From NCBI GenBank assembly GCA_964016885.1, contig OZ024746.1, positions 81,282,001 through 81,346,000 of the forward strand: a stretch of DNA of 64,000 nucleotides, in the 5' to 3' direction. Every line of letters starts with the position of its first letter. The stretch's first letter is position 1. The DNA comes from Eledone cirrhosa (taxonomy: Eukaryota). This document shows, in pieces, positions 23,310 to 36,305 of this stretch. The notes beneath the pieces are model-generated. The model did no database searches. It was not told the origin of the DNA and saw only the letters and a program-made list of their open reading frames with translations. Position numbers and translations under genes: made by a program.

Positions 23310-26300
23310 CTGTTTTTTGTATCCTCTTTTGTTATATAACTCTTGCCTTTTCTAATCTATTTTTACTAGTTTATTATCCCTCCCAACTTAATAAAATGAA
23401 AACAAGCTATTTACTGCATGAAGAGGAAAATTAAGCCTTGTCTTCTCTTTACTTAGCAGTGTATAGATAGAACTGAACAGTAATGAAACAATCAAACTAA
23501 ACCGCAATTATGTATTGCAATTCTATTTGTAACAGTTTAATTTCAAAGTAGAGTCCACCATAAGACAATAAGTTAGTCAAAATAATTCAAAGTGCTTAGT
23601 ACTTATTTGATCATAACTTTAAAGTACCAACAAAAATGTTGAAGATAACGTGTGCATCTGCATGTAACAATGATTTTTCTCTTAGCAGGCTTAATGGGAT
23701 TTTTTTTATAAGGACAGAAATTAGAGTTAAATGATTGGCTGAGCTTTGGTATTTATTTCTATCAAACTCAAACGAAATTTTTGGAATGGAGAAATTTGAA
23801 ATTCAAAATATGAAGTTTTAAGTGTTATAATACAAGTATATATAATGGAATTGATCCCAGTTCACCAGGTATTCATTTTATTGACCCTAGAGGAAAGCAA
23901 AGCAGACAACAATGGCAAAGATGAAACTAAATACAAATCAATTATTTTTTGGTACCACATTTCGGTGAATATATAAAAAGATGTGTCATTCATGCAATTC
24001 TTAAGAGCATTTGAAACTTAAAATGGTTCCAACTGGAAATCAAAACCAGGTCATAGACATGATTCATAAAAAACCTTCAGTCAACATCACATAATTGAGT
24101 AAGGGAGCCTATGCACAGTCACTTGGAATACTTAGAAATAGCAGGCAAATCCTCTTCAAATCACACTCTATCATCTTAAAAAAAGGAAGAACATTGGATA
24201 ATGAAGCCTTAGATATAGAAAGTGTAGGGATAATCATAGCTAAAATGTCTGCTTGAACAGAATTCAATTAGGGCTACACCACCACAACTAAATAATGATA
24301 TTGTCTTCCTTTTTCTTTAAAAAAGCAGTGTTAGTTGATTGCTAATGTATGTTCTGTATGTATCCAGTGTAGAATAGATACACTGTATCTCTTTATGTCT
24401 TTTGCGGCAACTGAAAGTTTGGCACTAGAAAAAGTACTCAGCTATAAAACATTGCTTCAAATAAGATCTCATGATCAATATGAAGTCTGATATGAGACCT
24501 GCAAGACTAACCCCTGCTTTTGTAGGGAAAATGACCTTAAATCATTTGTTGGTGCTGGTTGTAGTTGACTGTTAATATAGATAAGTCAACCAAATTATAT
24601 TACCTAATACATTTATCAACAATTAACAGAAAAATTTTGACAATACAAGATGCATCAAGTTAGTATACTGATTGAAATTTTCAACAGTTGAGAAATGAAA
24701 GAATCTTATTTGGGGGATAGGTAACCTTTTAACTAAAGTTTTGTGCAAAATGATGGAACACTTCATTTTCAGAAGTCGCAACAAGTTGACAATGTATCAA
24801 ATGATATTTTAGCTAATGAGTGGGTAGAAAGACAAAAGACTATCTAGGTATGTCATATTTAATTGTCTTTCATAAATGTAAAAAAAAAAAAAAAGATAAA
24901 AGAATTTCTAATAAAATTATCTGACGTAATAACACTCTAGGGAAATCTATAGGAAATAAAACAATGTTTTATTGCTTCTACATTGATAAAGCAACCATTG
25001 TCATAAAGGTCCCAACTTGGAATGTCAATCTCTCTCCCTCTTTTGCTCTCTCTCTAATGGATTAGATGATGATGATAATAATAATAATAATAATAATGGT
25101 TACTAATTTAAGCACATGGCCAACAAATTGAGGGGTGGGTCAAGCTGATTACATCAATCTCTCCCAGTACTTAACTGGTACTTTAAGAACTACCAGAATG
25201 ATGGAAAGCAAAGTAAACCTTGGTGGGATTTGACTCAACAACATTGTTGTAGTAGTAGTATCAGTAGCAGCAGCAACATTAAAGTATAATAAAAATTCTC
25301 TGATGATGGTGATCTACATGATATATAAACCCTGTACTGTCTGTAAAGTGGTTGGTAATAGGAAGGGTATCCAGTCTTAGAAAACCTCTCAACCAAAGTT
25401 CAACAATTACTCTTCCTTAATATTGGTGATTTATATGGTAAATACACCAAGTACACTCTGTAAAATGGTTAGTGATAGTAAGGAATCCAACATCAGTGAT
25501 CAGGAGATACTTCAGCAGTGTACAATGGACAGTGTCATCCAATGTGTCTTTTTTAAAAGGGTAGGATGTAATTTAAGGGAAATTTGGTTGCTATCTCTAG
25601 CAGGCTCAATTTGGTTTAGATTAAGCAGAATCATCAAAGACATCTCATCTTTTTAAAGAAACCTCAGCCTACATTATTCAATGTGTCCTTTTCTATCTAA
25701 TACCGGAAGGTGCATTTTCTGGGAGATTTAGCTGGTATTTCTAGCAAATTTAGTGACCATGAAGAAACTCCCTCTTTGGTTCAAGCTAGCTTAGAGAGTT
25801 AGTTATTATATGAGGTGTTTGTATCACTTGAAGCAATGTAGCTTGACAGTACCAAAACAGTACCAAAACCTGCCTGCTCAAATGTTGAATTCAGTATCTA
25901 GAATAAAATTTTAAAAAAAAATTTTATTTCCCAGAATCATATGCCTCTAGAACGGCTTTCATACCCACATGTGTTTCCAGAAACCAACAATTTAACACCA
26001 ACCATATTAACCTCACAAGAGACTGATCTCTATAAGTGTTGGGAGATTCTGTGAAGACTTTCGACACTTCCCAGTATTACACTAATTAACAAAGAAAACG
26101 CAAACTCTAAGATATTTACAGTAATCTCTCACTTCATCAATTATTGTTGTAGGTTTGACCAACACTAGTGAGGTTCTCATGTTTTTGACACAACTGAAGA
26201 GTCCACATATGCTACTTCTAGAAGAGTGTATATTTCTTATTGAAAGTACACTTCCTCACAATTGCTAACCAGTTTCATCTCAGAAGAGAATCGTTTGACT

Positions 26301-26392
26301 GATGATTCTCTACTAAGACAGAACTGGTCAGTCTTTCTGAGGAATTGTACCTTCAATTCTTCAAAAAAAATTGATGGTGATGATGATGAAAA

Positions 26393-26395
<3 letters not shown>

Positions 26396-26480
<85 letters not shown>
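26396..26480. repeat. (TG)n microsatellite
   Basis: Uninterrupted TG run of about 85 bp. Confidence 0.97.
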
Positions 26481-26481
<1 letters not shown>

Positions 26482-27929
26482 ACGCGCATGCATGTCTCTG
26501 CATGCAGGTGTGAGTGTGTGTTGTAATCCATTGTGAATATTCTAAACCAGAAATAATTTTACTTCTGCTTTTCTAGACCTAATGATCTATGAGTACATGC
26601 CCCTCTTTTTCTAGTGTGAAATTGAAAAGAAAACAAATCTCAGAACGAAAGATGTCAGCTTTAAATCAATGTAAAGTTATCTCAAGAGTTTATATCATTA
26701 GTACCTATCTGCCATTACTGAGAAGTAGTAAACTGTAGAATAATATTTCTTCACCTCATGATATATGGTTGTTGTTTTGAGATAAAATCTAAACAATATC
26801 TACAATAGAACTTGATGAGTGAAGTGTAAGAAAGTCAGATAAATCTTGAACTGAAATATAATATGCTATGGTGATATGCAGTGATATGTTGCTGTGATAG
26901 CTGAAAGGTTTTATTTAATTTCTGTTCAGTTCCAAAGGTTTTCTTTACCCTACACTAGAAATAGATACTCCATTGATTAATCACTTTTGATACAAAAACT
27001 CGAGTTTATAATTAGTGAGTTCTATAAGAGAACATTGTTTAAATAATAGAACTTTCAAGAAATTATCCATTACCAAACAAATGCTTAATAAAAAGATGTC
27101 ATTGAAATGTAATAACTGAATATACACTGAGATGATTTTATCGTGTAAATCTCCCTGATCCCAAATGACAGAGAATTACCAGTATTTAACTAGCTCTGGT
27201 CATATCACATTAAGTAAATAAGAGGTAGGTCCTATTCTAGACAAGATGCCAGTCTATCAGAAAACATTCCCAAATAATCAGTTAGCTGTTGTCAAATGTA
27301 AGTGAACTAAGGCCTTATAGAATTAAGTGAACTGCTCAACAAAATGTCTGCAGAGTATTTTAACATGTGATAAGGTTTTAATACCCTATCCATATAGTCA
27401 TTTTGATTCTATTTTGAATACAACTACTGCCAAAGTTATATTTGTCAAAGACAGTAAAGTGAGTTAAATAAAAGAAACTACATTTATGATAACAACTGAT
27501 CCACAAGTTCCAGATCAGACACTTATACTGGTGAGTGTCTTTAGACAAAAACTATTACAGTTATTTGCTTTAGCCAACATAGATAAACATAGATAAACTT
27601 TCTATTTTGTGAGTGAGAGGTTTTAAGTTTTCCTAAAACATGCATAATGTCTATGTAGGCAATTATTAACCTAGCGTAAATTTCTCCATATTCCTGGAGA
27701 AAATTTCAGGATTCCAGAAGGAAATTTAGGGAAATCACTAAAAAGATAATTTTTAGGTTAAAAAGTTTATTATTATTCACACAATTTTTAGCTATATTTA
27801 CTGTAGTGTTGAAATCCTTTGTAAGTTTTAATCCCATATCTACAGGCTTTTTGTTATAAATCGTTTTTGGCTATCACTTTATATGTATTGATTTATTCAA
27901 AGCTGTCAGAGTAAATCCTCACTGTTTAA

Positions 27930-28070
27930 GGGTTAGTCCATGTTGTGGTCCCAGTGGACAGAATAGAGAAGATATTGCCCCAGAGGACGGTGAAGGAGAC
28001 ATGATAGAAGAGTCACTCCAACTCGCAGGGCTCACTTTTGCAAGTAGCCAACTCCACCCCAATAACAGTA
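27930..28070 (+). repeat. GC-rich dispersed repeat fragment, inverted homolog of 51670-51800; probably LINE-derived
   Basis: gtcccagtggacagaatagagaagatattgccccagaggacggtg matches the reverse complement gtcccggtggacagaatagagaagctgtttccctagaggatggtg. Both also contain gtagccaactcc. Confidence 0.65.
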
Positions 28071-29348
28071 AGTAGGGATGTCGTCTGGTGGTTTTAAAGG
28101 TCTTAATATATGACTTAATGTCATGCAATAATTTTGTTTTTATACATGACTACCCTTCCTTATCATATAATGGGGTAAATTGAGATCTTGAACTGGTAGA
28201 AAGGAGATGTACAGAACAAAGGATGACAAAACACTGATCAAAGCTTTCATAGAAAGAGTTTACTAGTGATAGAATCAAATATAATAATGAAAGAAAGGGA
28301 ATAAACATCAGTCATTCCTGGAATAGATTAATTAATTGTTTGTCAAATAAATAAATATTTCTGAAAAGGATTTATTTTTCTTTTGTTTTCATTTATTACA
28401 ATCAGCTTCATTTTGATTATATTGTTATTTATCCCAAGGTCAGTCCTAATTTAGCAGACATGTTATCAAAGCTATTCCAGCTCTAAGCAACCCATCTTTT
28501 CAAGTATTGAGGACTAGGTTGTTTAGTTTGTCCTTCCCAACATTTTTTTATTTAAAAAATTTGGCTTCTATTTCTAGCATGTCGACTGATTGTGTAGAGG
28601 CTTTCTAAATATCTTATTGCTTTATTTTGATAGTGGCATAGGTAGGATTGTTCTTCAAGTTCCTACATTTACATAAATTATTGGAAAGGGCATTTAATGC
28701 TCATTTTAACATTAACCTATCAACCCTAATAGAATACTTATTCTTAACTAGGTTCAATACACCAAGAGCAATATATTTTGCTATATACGGGATTTGAAAT
28801 TTGAACTTCAGTAAGTAGCCGCTATACCTCATCAGATTTTATAAAACATTAATTTCAAGCAGAGTAAATTATCCTCCATATTCCACACACTCACAACCAA
28901 ACAGCTATATCTACGCACTGACATTTGAAACAAAATATATATTTACATTTTTAGAAATATTAAACAGTGATCTGAAAATTTCCTTTTTTTTTCCATAGAC
29001 AATTGCTCCATAGATGGCACTAGCATTGAACCTACTATTGGTAAATTATCTTCAAAATTTAATGAGATAGTTTTTTTACATTAAAAGATTTATTGAAACT
29101 ATTTATTTAACCACTTTCAAACACTTCTAACAAATTGTCTTTTGAAAGAACAAAAATAAGTAAATAAACATAAATAAATAAAAAATAGCAAATTATCTCC
29201 CTTGGACAATTCTCCACAAGATAAAGAATGAAAGTTGAAGAAAAGAAAAATACCAAATATTCATTATTAAACTTCTGGGTAAGGGATGGTGGGACAAGAA
29301 AAACAGAAAAACTGAGAAGAAAAAAATGTGTCCCAAAAGGAATTTCTA

Positions 29349-29585
<237 letters not shown>

Positions 29586-29879
29586 TTAAAAAAGAAAAAA
29601 ATAGGAAATTAGCATATAATTTGACACAGGTTTTTTTTTTTGCAAAGAAATGAATAACGTTGAAGGATAAGATATATTATCTATGAAGGATAAGATTTAT
29701 AAAGTTGATAGCAATATATTTTCAATTTTTTTTTTTTTTTTTTTTTTGGCTAACAGACAAAATAACTAACTAATATATATGTGTGAATCTGAAACAGAGA
29801 TGAAACTGAATAAAAAAAAATATACATGTAAAGCAAAGTGTGGACATAAATACACTCAAGGTCAGAAAGTAAAGGGGAA

Positions 29880-29928
29880 ACACACACACACACGCAATTT
29901 CATACACAGATGCCTCATCATGACCCCA

Positions 29929-29971
<43 letters not shown>

Positions 29972-30033
29972 CAGTCGCATACACTGGTGCACACACATAC
30001 ACATGCAGAAATATATATATACACACACATCAG

Positions 30034-30068
<35 letters not shown>

Positions 30069-30085
30069 GCGCAGACATACCTCTT

Positions 30086-30116
<31 letters not shown>

Positions 30117-30514
30117 AACACACACACCACTTAAAAGTGAACAAAGTAAAGAGGGAGGGATAGGAAGAGAGAGGGAGTAAGAGAGTGTGTGTGTGGGTCG
30201 AACTAATGTCATTGATCTTTGTCACAGTAGTGTAATAGAGGTTTTGGGGGTTTTTTCTTTCATTTTAATGAAACACAGGCAAAACAAATTCAAGTAACAT
30301 GACAGACAGACAGACAAATAGATAGATTGATTGATAGGACAGATAGATAGATTAATAGCCAGATAGGTAGATAGACAGCTAGGTTGATTATATATATATA
30401 TATATATATATATAATGCGATGAAATATCAATGATGGTTGGCAAATCACTGACGAAGGACTATTTTTATCATATGTAACCCATGTGCAACCACGCAGTAT
30501 TCTTCTTTCTTCTC

Positions 30515-30590
<76 letters not shown>

Positions 30591-31128
30591 AGGAGGTTGA
30601 TATATAGCTAGATAGATAGAGTTAACAACTATATATTGGGCAAGTATTAATTCTTGTCTTCCTGAAAAGTTCCATCAAACAAGTCGAAGAACAACAGCAG
30701 AAACAGCAGCAACAACAGCAGCAGTAGGTTAAGAATTGCCTAATATTAATCTAACAGGCAACACAATAGGTGGCTCATGATTGATCTGTATTTGTTTGTC
30801 TGTCTATATATCTATCTAGCTAACAAAAGAGACAAGATGGATGGATGTCATCATTGTATGATCTGAAAACATGGCTAGGGTGAGGGGTGAGGTGTGAGGG
30901 TGGCCGACAAGTGAGCTCGACTAGCAGCACTATATAGGCTATCTAATATCTCTAATGATTGCACTGACTGTAACAGAGTAACAGGACATTGGCAGCTGGG
31001 GATGAGAGAAAATGGAAAGATAGGAAGAACCAAGAGAGAAGGTGCTGGAGATGGAGAAGAGCAAAATAAGAAAAGATGGTATAGCAGTGAAAAGTATTGT
31101 TGAAAGAATTTTAAAGATAAAGGAAAGA

Positions 31129-31198
<70 letters not shown>

Positions 31199-31329
31199 AA
31201 AATTGTCAGGTATCTTTCAGATATATCAGCATCTACACCTTCATACCCACGCACTTCCCACCTCAAACTAATTAATGAAGCTTTCCTTGTGAATAGATAA
31301 TGATGACACATAATAATGACGATGATGGT

Positions 31330-31360
<31 letters not shown>

Positions 31361-31497
31361 TATAGTACATGTAACTAAATAACAACAATAACAACAATAG
31401 CAGGTGCTTAACAACACCAACAAAACAAAGAGCGAAATAGGAGGAGTGGGGGTGGTTGGGGTGGTAGATAGAAAGAGATGAAGTTAACAAATTGCAC

Positions 31498-31531
<34 letters not shown>

Positions 31532-31632
31532 CTAGCTGCTTATTCTGCTAGGTCTAAGGGTCTTTAAAAGATAGATGTATAGCTACAGATTTATATATAT
31601 ATATATATATATATACACAATGTATATATAAA

Positions 31633-31674
<42 letters not shown>

Positions 31675-32947
31675 TGCATACACACAACTAAGTTGATGGA
31701 GGCTGGAAGCTGGCAGCAGTGTTGGAAAGCAGAAGCGAAGGCAGCAGTAGCATTGGGTACATAGAACAAACAAGCAAGGCTGTCAGCCAAAGAAAGGATT
31801 ACCAACTAGATATTTACCAAGACAGAAGAAGAAAGAGATTGCAGTAGAAACATTGAATGAGAGAGAGAGAGAGAGAGAGAGAGATGGTGGTGGGGAGAGA
31901 GTAGGTAGAGAGAGAAATGGATGGAGTTAGAGAGATTGCAGAGAGAACAAATTAAAGGGCTTGAAGATATATAGAGAGAAAGAATTATAGAAGGTAAAGT
32001 AAGAGAGAGAGAGAGAAAGAGAGAGAGATAGAGGCAGGGAGAGAGAGAAAGAGGGGGAGAAGGAAAGAAAAATAAAATAAAAGATGGTTAAAATAATCAT
32101 TGAGAGGAATAAATATTCTTAAAGGCTGTGAGAAAAAGAGAAAGAAAAGTTTCTTATAGAAGAGTAAAGGTTCTAAGAAGGTCCTTTAAAGGATAGCAAG
32201 GAGGAGGGGGGACGCAAAAATAGAAAGAAGAGGGGGTTTGCAGATAGAGAAAAGGGAGAAAGAGCAAAAAAAAAAAATGGTAAGGATGAGGGTGGTGGTG
32301 GTTGTGGTGGTGGAGGCAGCAGTGATGGTGCTAAAAGTAGTAGGCCACTGGGATAACTAAATCAGCTGACAGTGTTGAGAATGAGTAGGCCTGTGTGTGT
32401 GTATATATATATATACATGTGTGTGTGTGTAAGTGTGAGAAAGGTTCAATATATAATTCATTCAATATATGGCATGGTGGCAGGGAATAACAAAAATACA
32501 AGAGATATTGTCTCCTTAGACAATTTCTTTGATATGATTTCTGCAGGGAACAAGAAAGCTGTTATTTCCCCACACCACCCTCTCTTTCTCTATATTATGT
32601 ACATGTGTATAATATATGCTTAATATAAATATATATCTATATCTATGTGTGTGTATGTAGTCCCATCCAACCCATGCCAGCAAGGAATAGTTGATGATAA
32701 TGCTATATGAAATGATAATGATGAATACACACACATGCATATTATATATATTTATATATACACATTCACACTTACAAACGTAGACAAGCATACACACATA
32801 TGGTAAAACTAAATATTATTAATATAGCACAATGAAGAAAGTCTGTATTATTTTGAAGACAATAAAGCATTCTTTAATATTATAATAGTATAAATAGATT
32901 GCAAAAAAAAAAAATGCTAAAACATTTACATGCACACATATACATAG

Positions 32948-32978
<31 letters not shown>

Positions 32979-33530
32979 ATACATGTGCAGGCGTGCGCAC
33001 ATGCACACACACACACTAAACTTTTAATAGAAGTTTAAATAAAACAGTAAAAAAGAAAATATATATATAGATCAAAAGTAAATAATTTATATATAAACCT
33101 ACATATATAAAAACAGTTTGGTTTGATAAGAAGGGAGAAAGCTAAGAATGGTAAAAACCACTCTGAAAATGTTAGGTCACTGCAATGGAATCCAAGTGAT
33201 ATCTTCTTGTAGGAGAGAGGCAGAAAGAAGTAGAGCATGTTTCAAGGCAAGCCTGCTACCAAACAACCTTCGCACCAGACTGAGTCACCAACAACTTCCA
33301 GAAGGAAGAAAAGCTAATGACATCTCCAAGAATGAACTACCCAGTGAGGATAATCAAGTATGAAATGATTAAATACATAAAGGGAAATATTAAAGTACAC
33401 ACATACATACATACACAAACTATAATAATAGCTAGATACATAGACAACAGATATATATACACAGATGGGTGGATAAATAGATTGATAAATACAACGCTAG
33501 GTAGTTAGCTAGCTAGCTAGCTAGATATAT
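29880..33530. repeat. Dense cluster of simple repeats: (CA)n, (CT)n, (TA)n, (GA)n, (GATA)n, (CAG/CAA)n and polypurine tracts
   Basis: Seen directly, e.g. 29929-30125, 30520-30590, 31129-31195, 31500-31670, 31858-32280 and 32948-33016. Confidence 0.9.
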
Positions 33531-34099
33531 AGGAATAAAAGAAAAACCCAATACAGTAAGATGTGTGTGGATATGTATGGTAAAGTTGCTAAATAATTTC
33601 CTGAATAATTAAAGTTAGAAATGATTTATTATAAATTTTATATCAAAATATGAGGCAACAAGGAATCACATAAAAATAAAGTAATGTTTCATAAGTTGGC
33701 ATAAAGGAAATGTAGTAAGGGTTAAGAAAATGATCAACAATGTTAAATCAAATAGGGACTTTAACTATTAACATCCTTTACCACATGAAACCGCATTAGC
33801 AAGACATTCTTAAATAGTACAAAACAGCACTACGACTGTATCACATTAAAAATAAATCTAAATGTTAACACTGTAAATTTTCACAATATCTTTTTTAATA
33901 ACAAGCGTGATTTTAAGACTTTTTGCTGCTAAATGATAACAGGAAGTTTAAATAAAATAGTTAAATTTTATTGTCACTACGGAGGTGAGTATATTTAGGT
34001 AAATGCAAGCCTAGCTGGAGCAACTTTATTTTATCTACCTATATCACGTTATTTTTTTTTTATTGCATGTATGTACCTGTAACTTTTAATGGAGTTGTA

Positions 34100-34840
34100 A
34101 GGGCGTCATAGTGACATTTGGTGAGTCCTGGGCACATTAAACCTGGCAGAGCCTATCCCCTCTCCAGGCATGAATGTAGCTGATTTCTTCCAGAGACAAG
34201 TAAGAGAGAGAGAGGGAAAGGGATATAGAGGAAGAATTGACCCCTAGTATTAGGCTGGTACTGCCTTTATTTTCCTCAAAAGGATGAAAGGCAAAGCTGA
34301 CCTCAGCAAAGAGCTGGAACAAATACCTCAAAGTTTTCTATCTCGTGTTTGAACATCTCTGCCAATTCGCTGTCTTACTTATTATATATTTGGGAAAGAT
34401 CTAAAAAAAATGTAGGACAACTGTTTTCATTACCTACCACCAGCTTCTCAAGTTTTATGACTTTTTAAGAGTGAAACAATAATTATTTAGCTGGAGAAAG
34501 AGAAGACTGGGTAGCAGAAGTAGAAAGTGAGTACAGAAAATGCTGTGCAGTAATTAATTATGTTTCAAGTTCAAATCTCTCCAGAGTCAACTTTGACATT
34601 CATTCTCCCATGGGTAAATAAAATAACTACTGGAATTGATTCAGTTGGCTACATCTTTCTATATAGAGATATAGAGGAAGAATCAACCCCAGTACTAGAC
34701 TGGTACTTTTTTTACCGACCTTGAAAAGATGAAAGGCAAAGTTGATCTCGGTGGGATTTGAACTCAGAGAGCAGAAAACTGAAATGAATACCATAAAGGA
34801 TTCTATCCAACATTCTAACAACTCTGCCAATTTGCAGCCT
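34100..34840. mobile_element. Cluster of older family M-related SINEs (~34100-34375 -, ~34500-34625 +, ~34675-34840 -)
   Basis: aggatgaaaggcaaag(c/t)tgacctc motifs. The first copy has a longer tail (aacctggcagag...ttcttccagaga) also present at about 7420-7610 and 37320-37585, and more weakly at 45690-45915. Confidence 0.75.
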
Positions 34841-36003
34841 TGATTTCTAAGTTACAAAGCCTAAAATTTGGGGAAAGGTTAAGTTGACATAATTGATGTA
34901 ACCAAATTTTGCCTTCCACTGATTTTAGCAGTTTTACCTTTTCAATTAATTTGTCATGTGTATTAGGCACTAAAGAGGTTTGTGTCAGGAGGAACATCTA
35001 AGCATAAAACACTGCCTCAAAAAGTTCCAACCAACCCAAGTGATGATGATGGTGATAATGATAATGATTTTCATGAAGAACTACAAGAAACTTTTAAAAT
35101 TTACAAAAAAGAGAACTAATTTGAGAAAAGACAAATGGAAAAGAGGAAATGAGCAAAGAGCTTAAACATGCAACAAACTGAAGATCCCAAATCAACAAAT
35201 GAAACATCCAGAGAGTCAGCACTACCAAAACATCCAGAGAATCAGCACTACCAAGTGTATATCACTCACACAAACAAATACAGCTGTTGATGCTACTTTA
35301 ACATATGTAGTAATCATATACGATACACTACTTATTTGGTTACAAAATATTAGTTGGTAACTGACATCTAACAATATGCCAGTAGTATGAAGGAACTAGC
35401 TAATTCTGATGCCAAACATAAAGACCAATCAGAAAAGGAACCAACAAGGTAGGTCTACGTAATTGTTTAACTTAGAAATAGTAGTTAATATCTCCCTCAA
35501 ATCAAACCCCACCATTGTAGAAAAGGATATGCTGAATAATGAGATTTGGCTTTCTTTACACATAGGCAAAAGATGGAATGATCATACCTGAAATGCCTCT
35601 AAACATAGATCTCTTTAATCAGGGCTAACCTGAGGCTAAACAACAAATAATCAGAAAAATTTTAAGTCCATACTTTAAATCCCGTCAAAAATGTTAAGAA
35701 GACATCATCATAAATAAACCTTAGTAATAAACAGGCTCTTGTTAACTAAATTTGTTATTAAGGCATACCAACTGACATAAGATTTAAAAAATCGCCATTT
35801 AAAGACAAACAAATTTAAAGCAAATATAAGATGTATATACTTATGAACCTGTAGCTTGTTCACTGAAGATCAGTGGAATAAATACCATACTTAAAAATAG
35901 GTCAGGATTGGCACAAGGAAGGGCACAAAAAGTCTCATCCCATTCATTCCAGCATGGAAAAACAGATGTAAAATCTATGATGATGAACTATTATTATTAT
36001 TAT

Positions 36004-36305
36004 CGGTGGATTGGCAGTATCGGTAGAGAGTCGGACGCCATGCTTTCCAGCATAGTTACGTCCCTTTACGATCTGAGTTCAAATCCCGCCGAGGTTGACT
36101 TTGCCTTTCATCCTTACGGGGTCGATAAAATAAAGTACCAGTAATGTACTGGGTAATTGCTGGCCTTGTGCTTAAAGTAGAAACAATTATTATTATAGTC
36201 ATCCTTACGGGGTCGATAAAATAAAGTACCAGTCATGCACTGGGGTCGATTTAATCAACTTTCCCCTCCCCAAAAATTGCTGGCCTTGTCCCTATATAAG
36301 AAACC
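36004..36305 (+). mobile_element. Young full-length family M SINE followed by a 5'-truncated copy with TSD
   Basis: A consensus-like copy at 36004-36186 retains its CpGs. The second piece is flanked by ATTATTATTATAGTCATC at about 36187 and 36306. Confidence 0.92.

Noticed and set aside
29770-33016. Many ORFs rich in HT, CV, YI or RE dipeptides
   Set aside because: These are translations of dinucleotide microsatellites.
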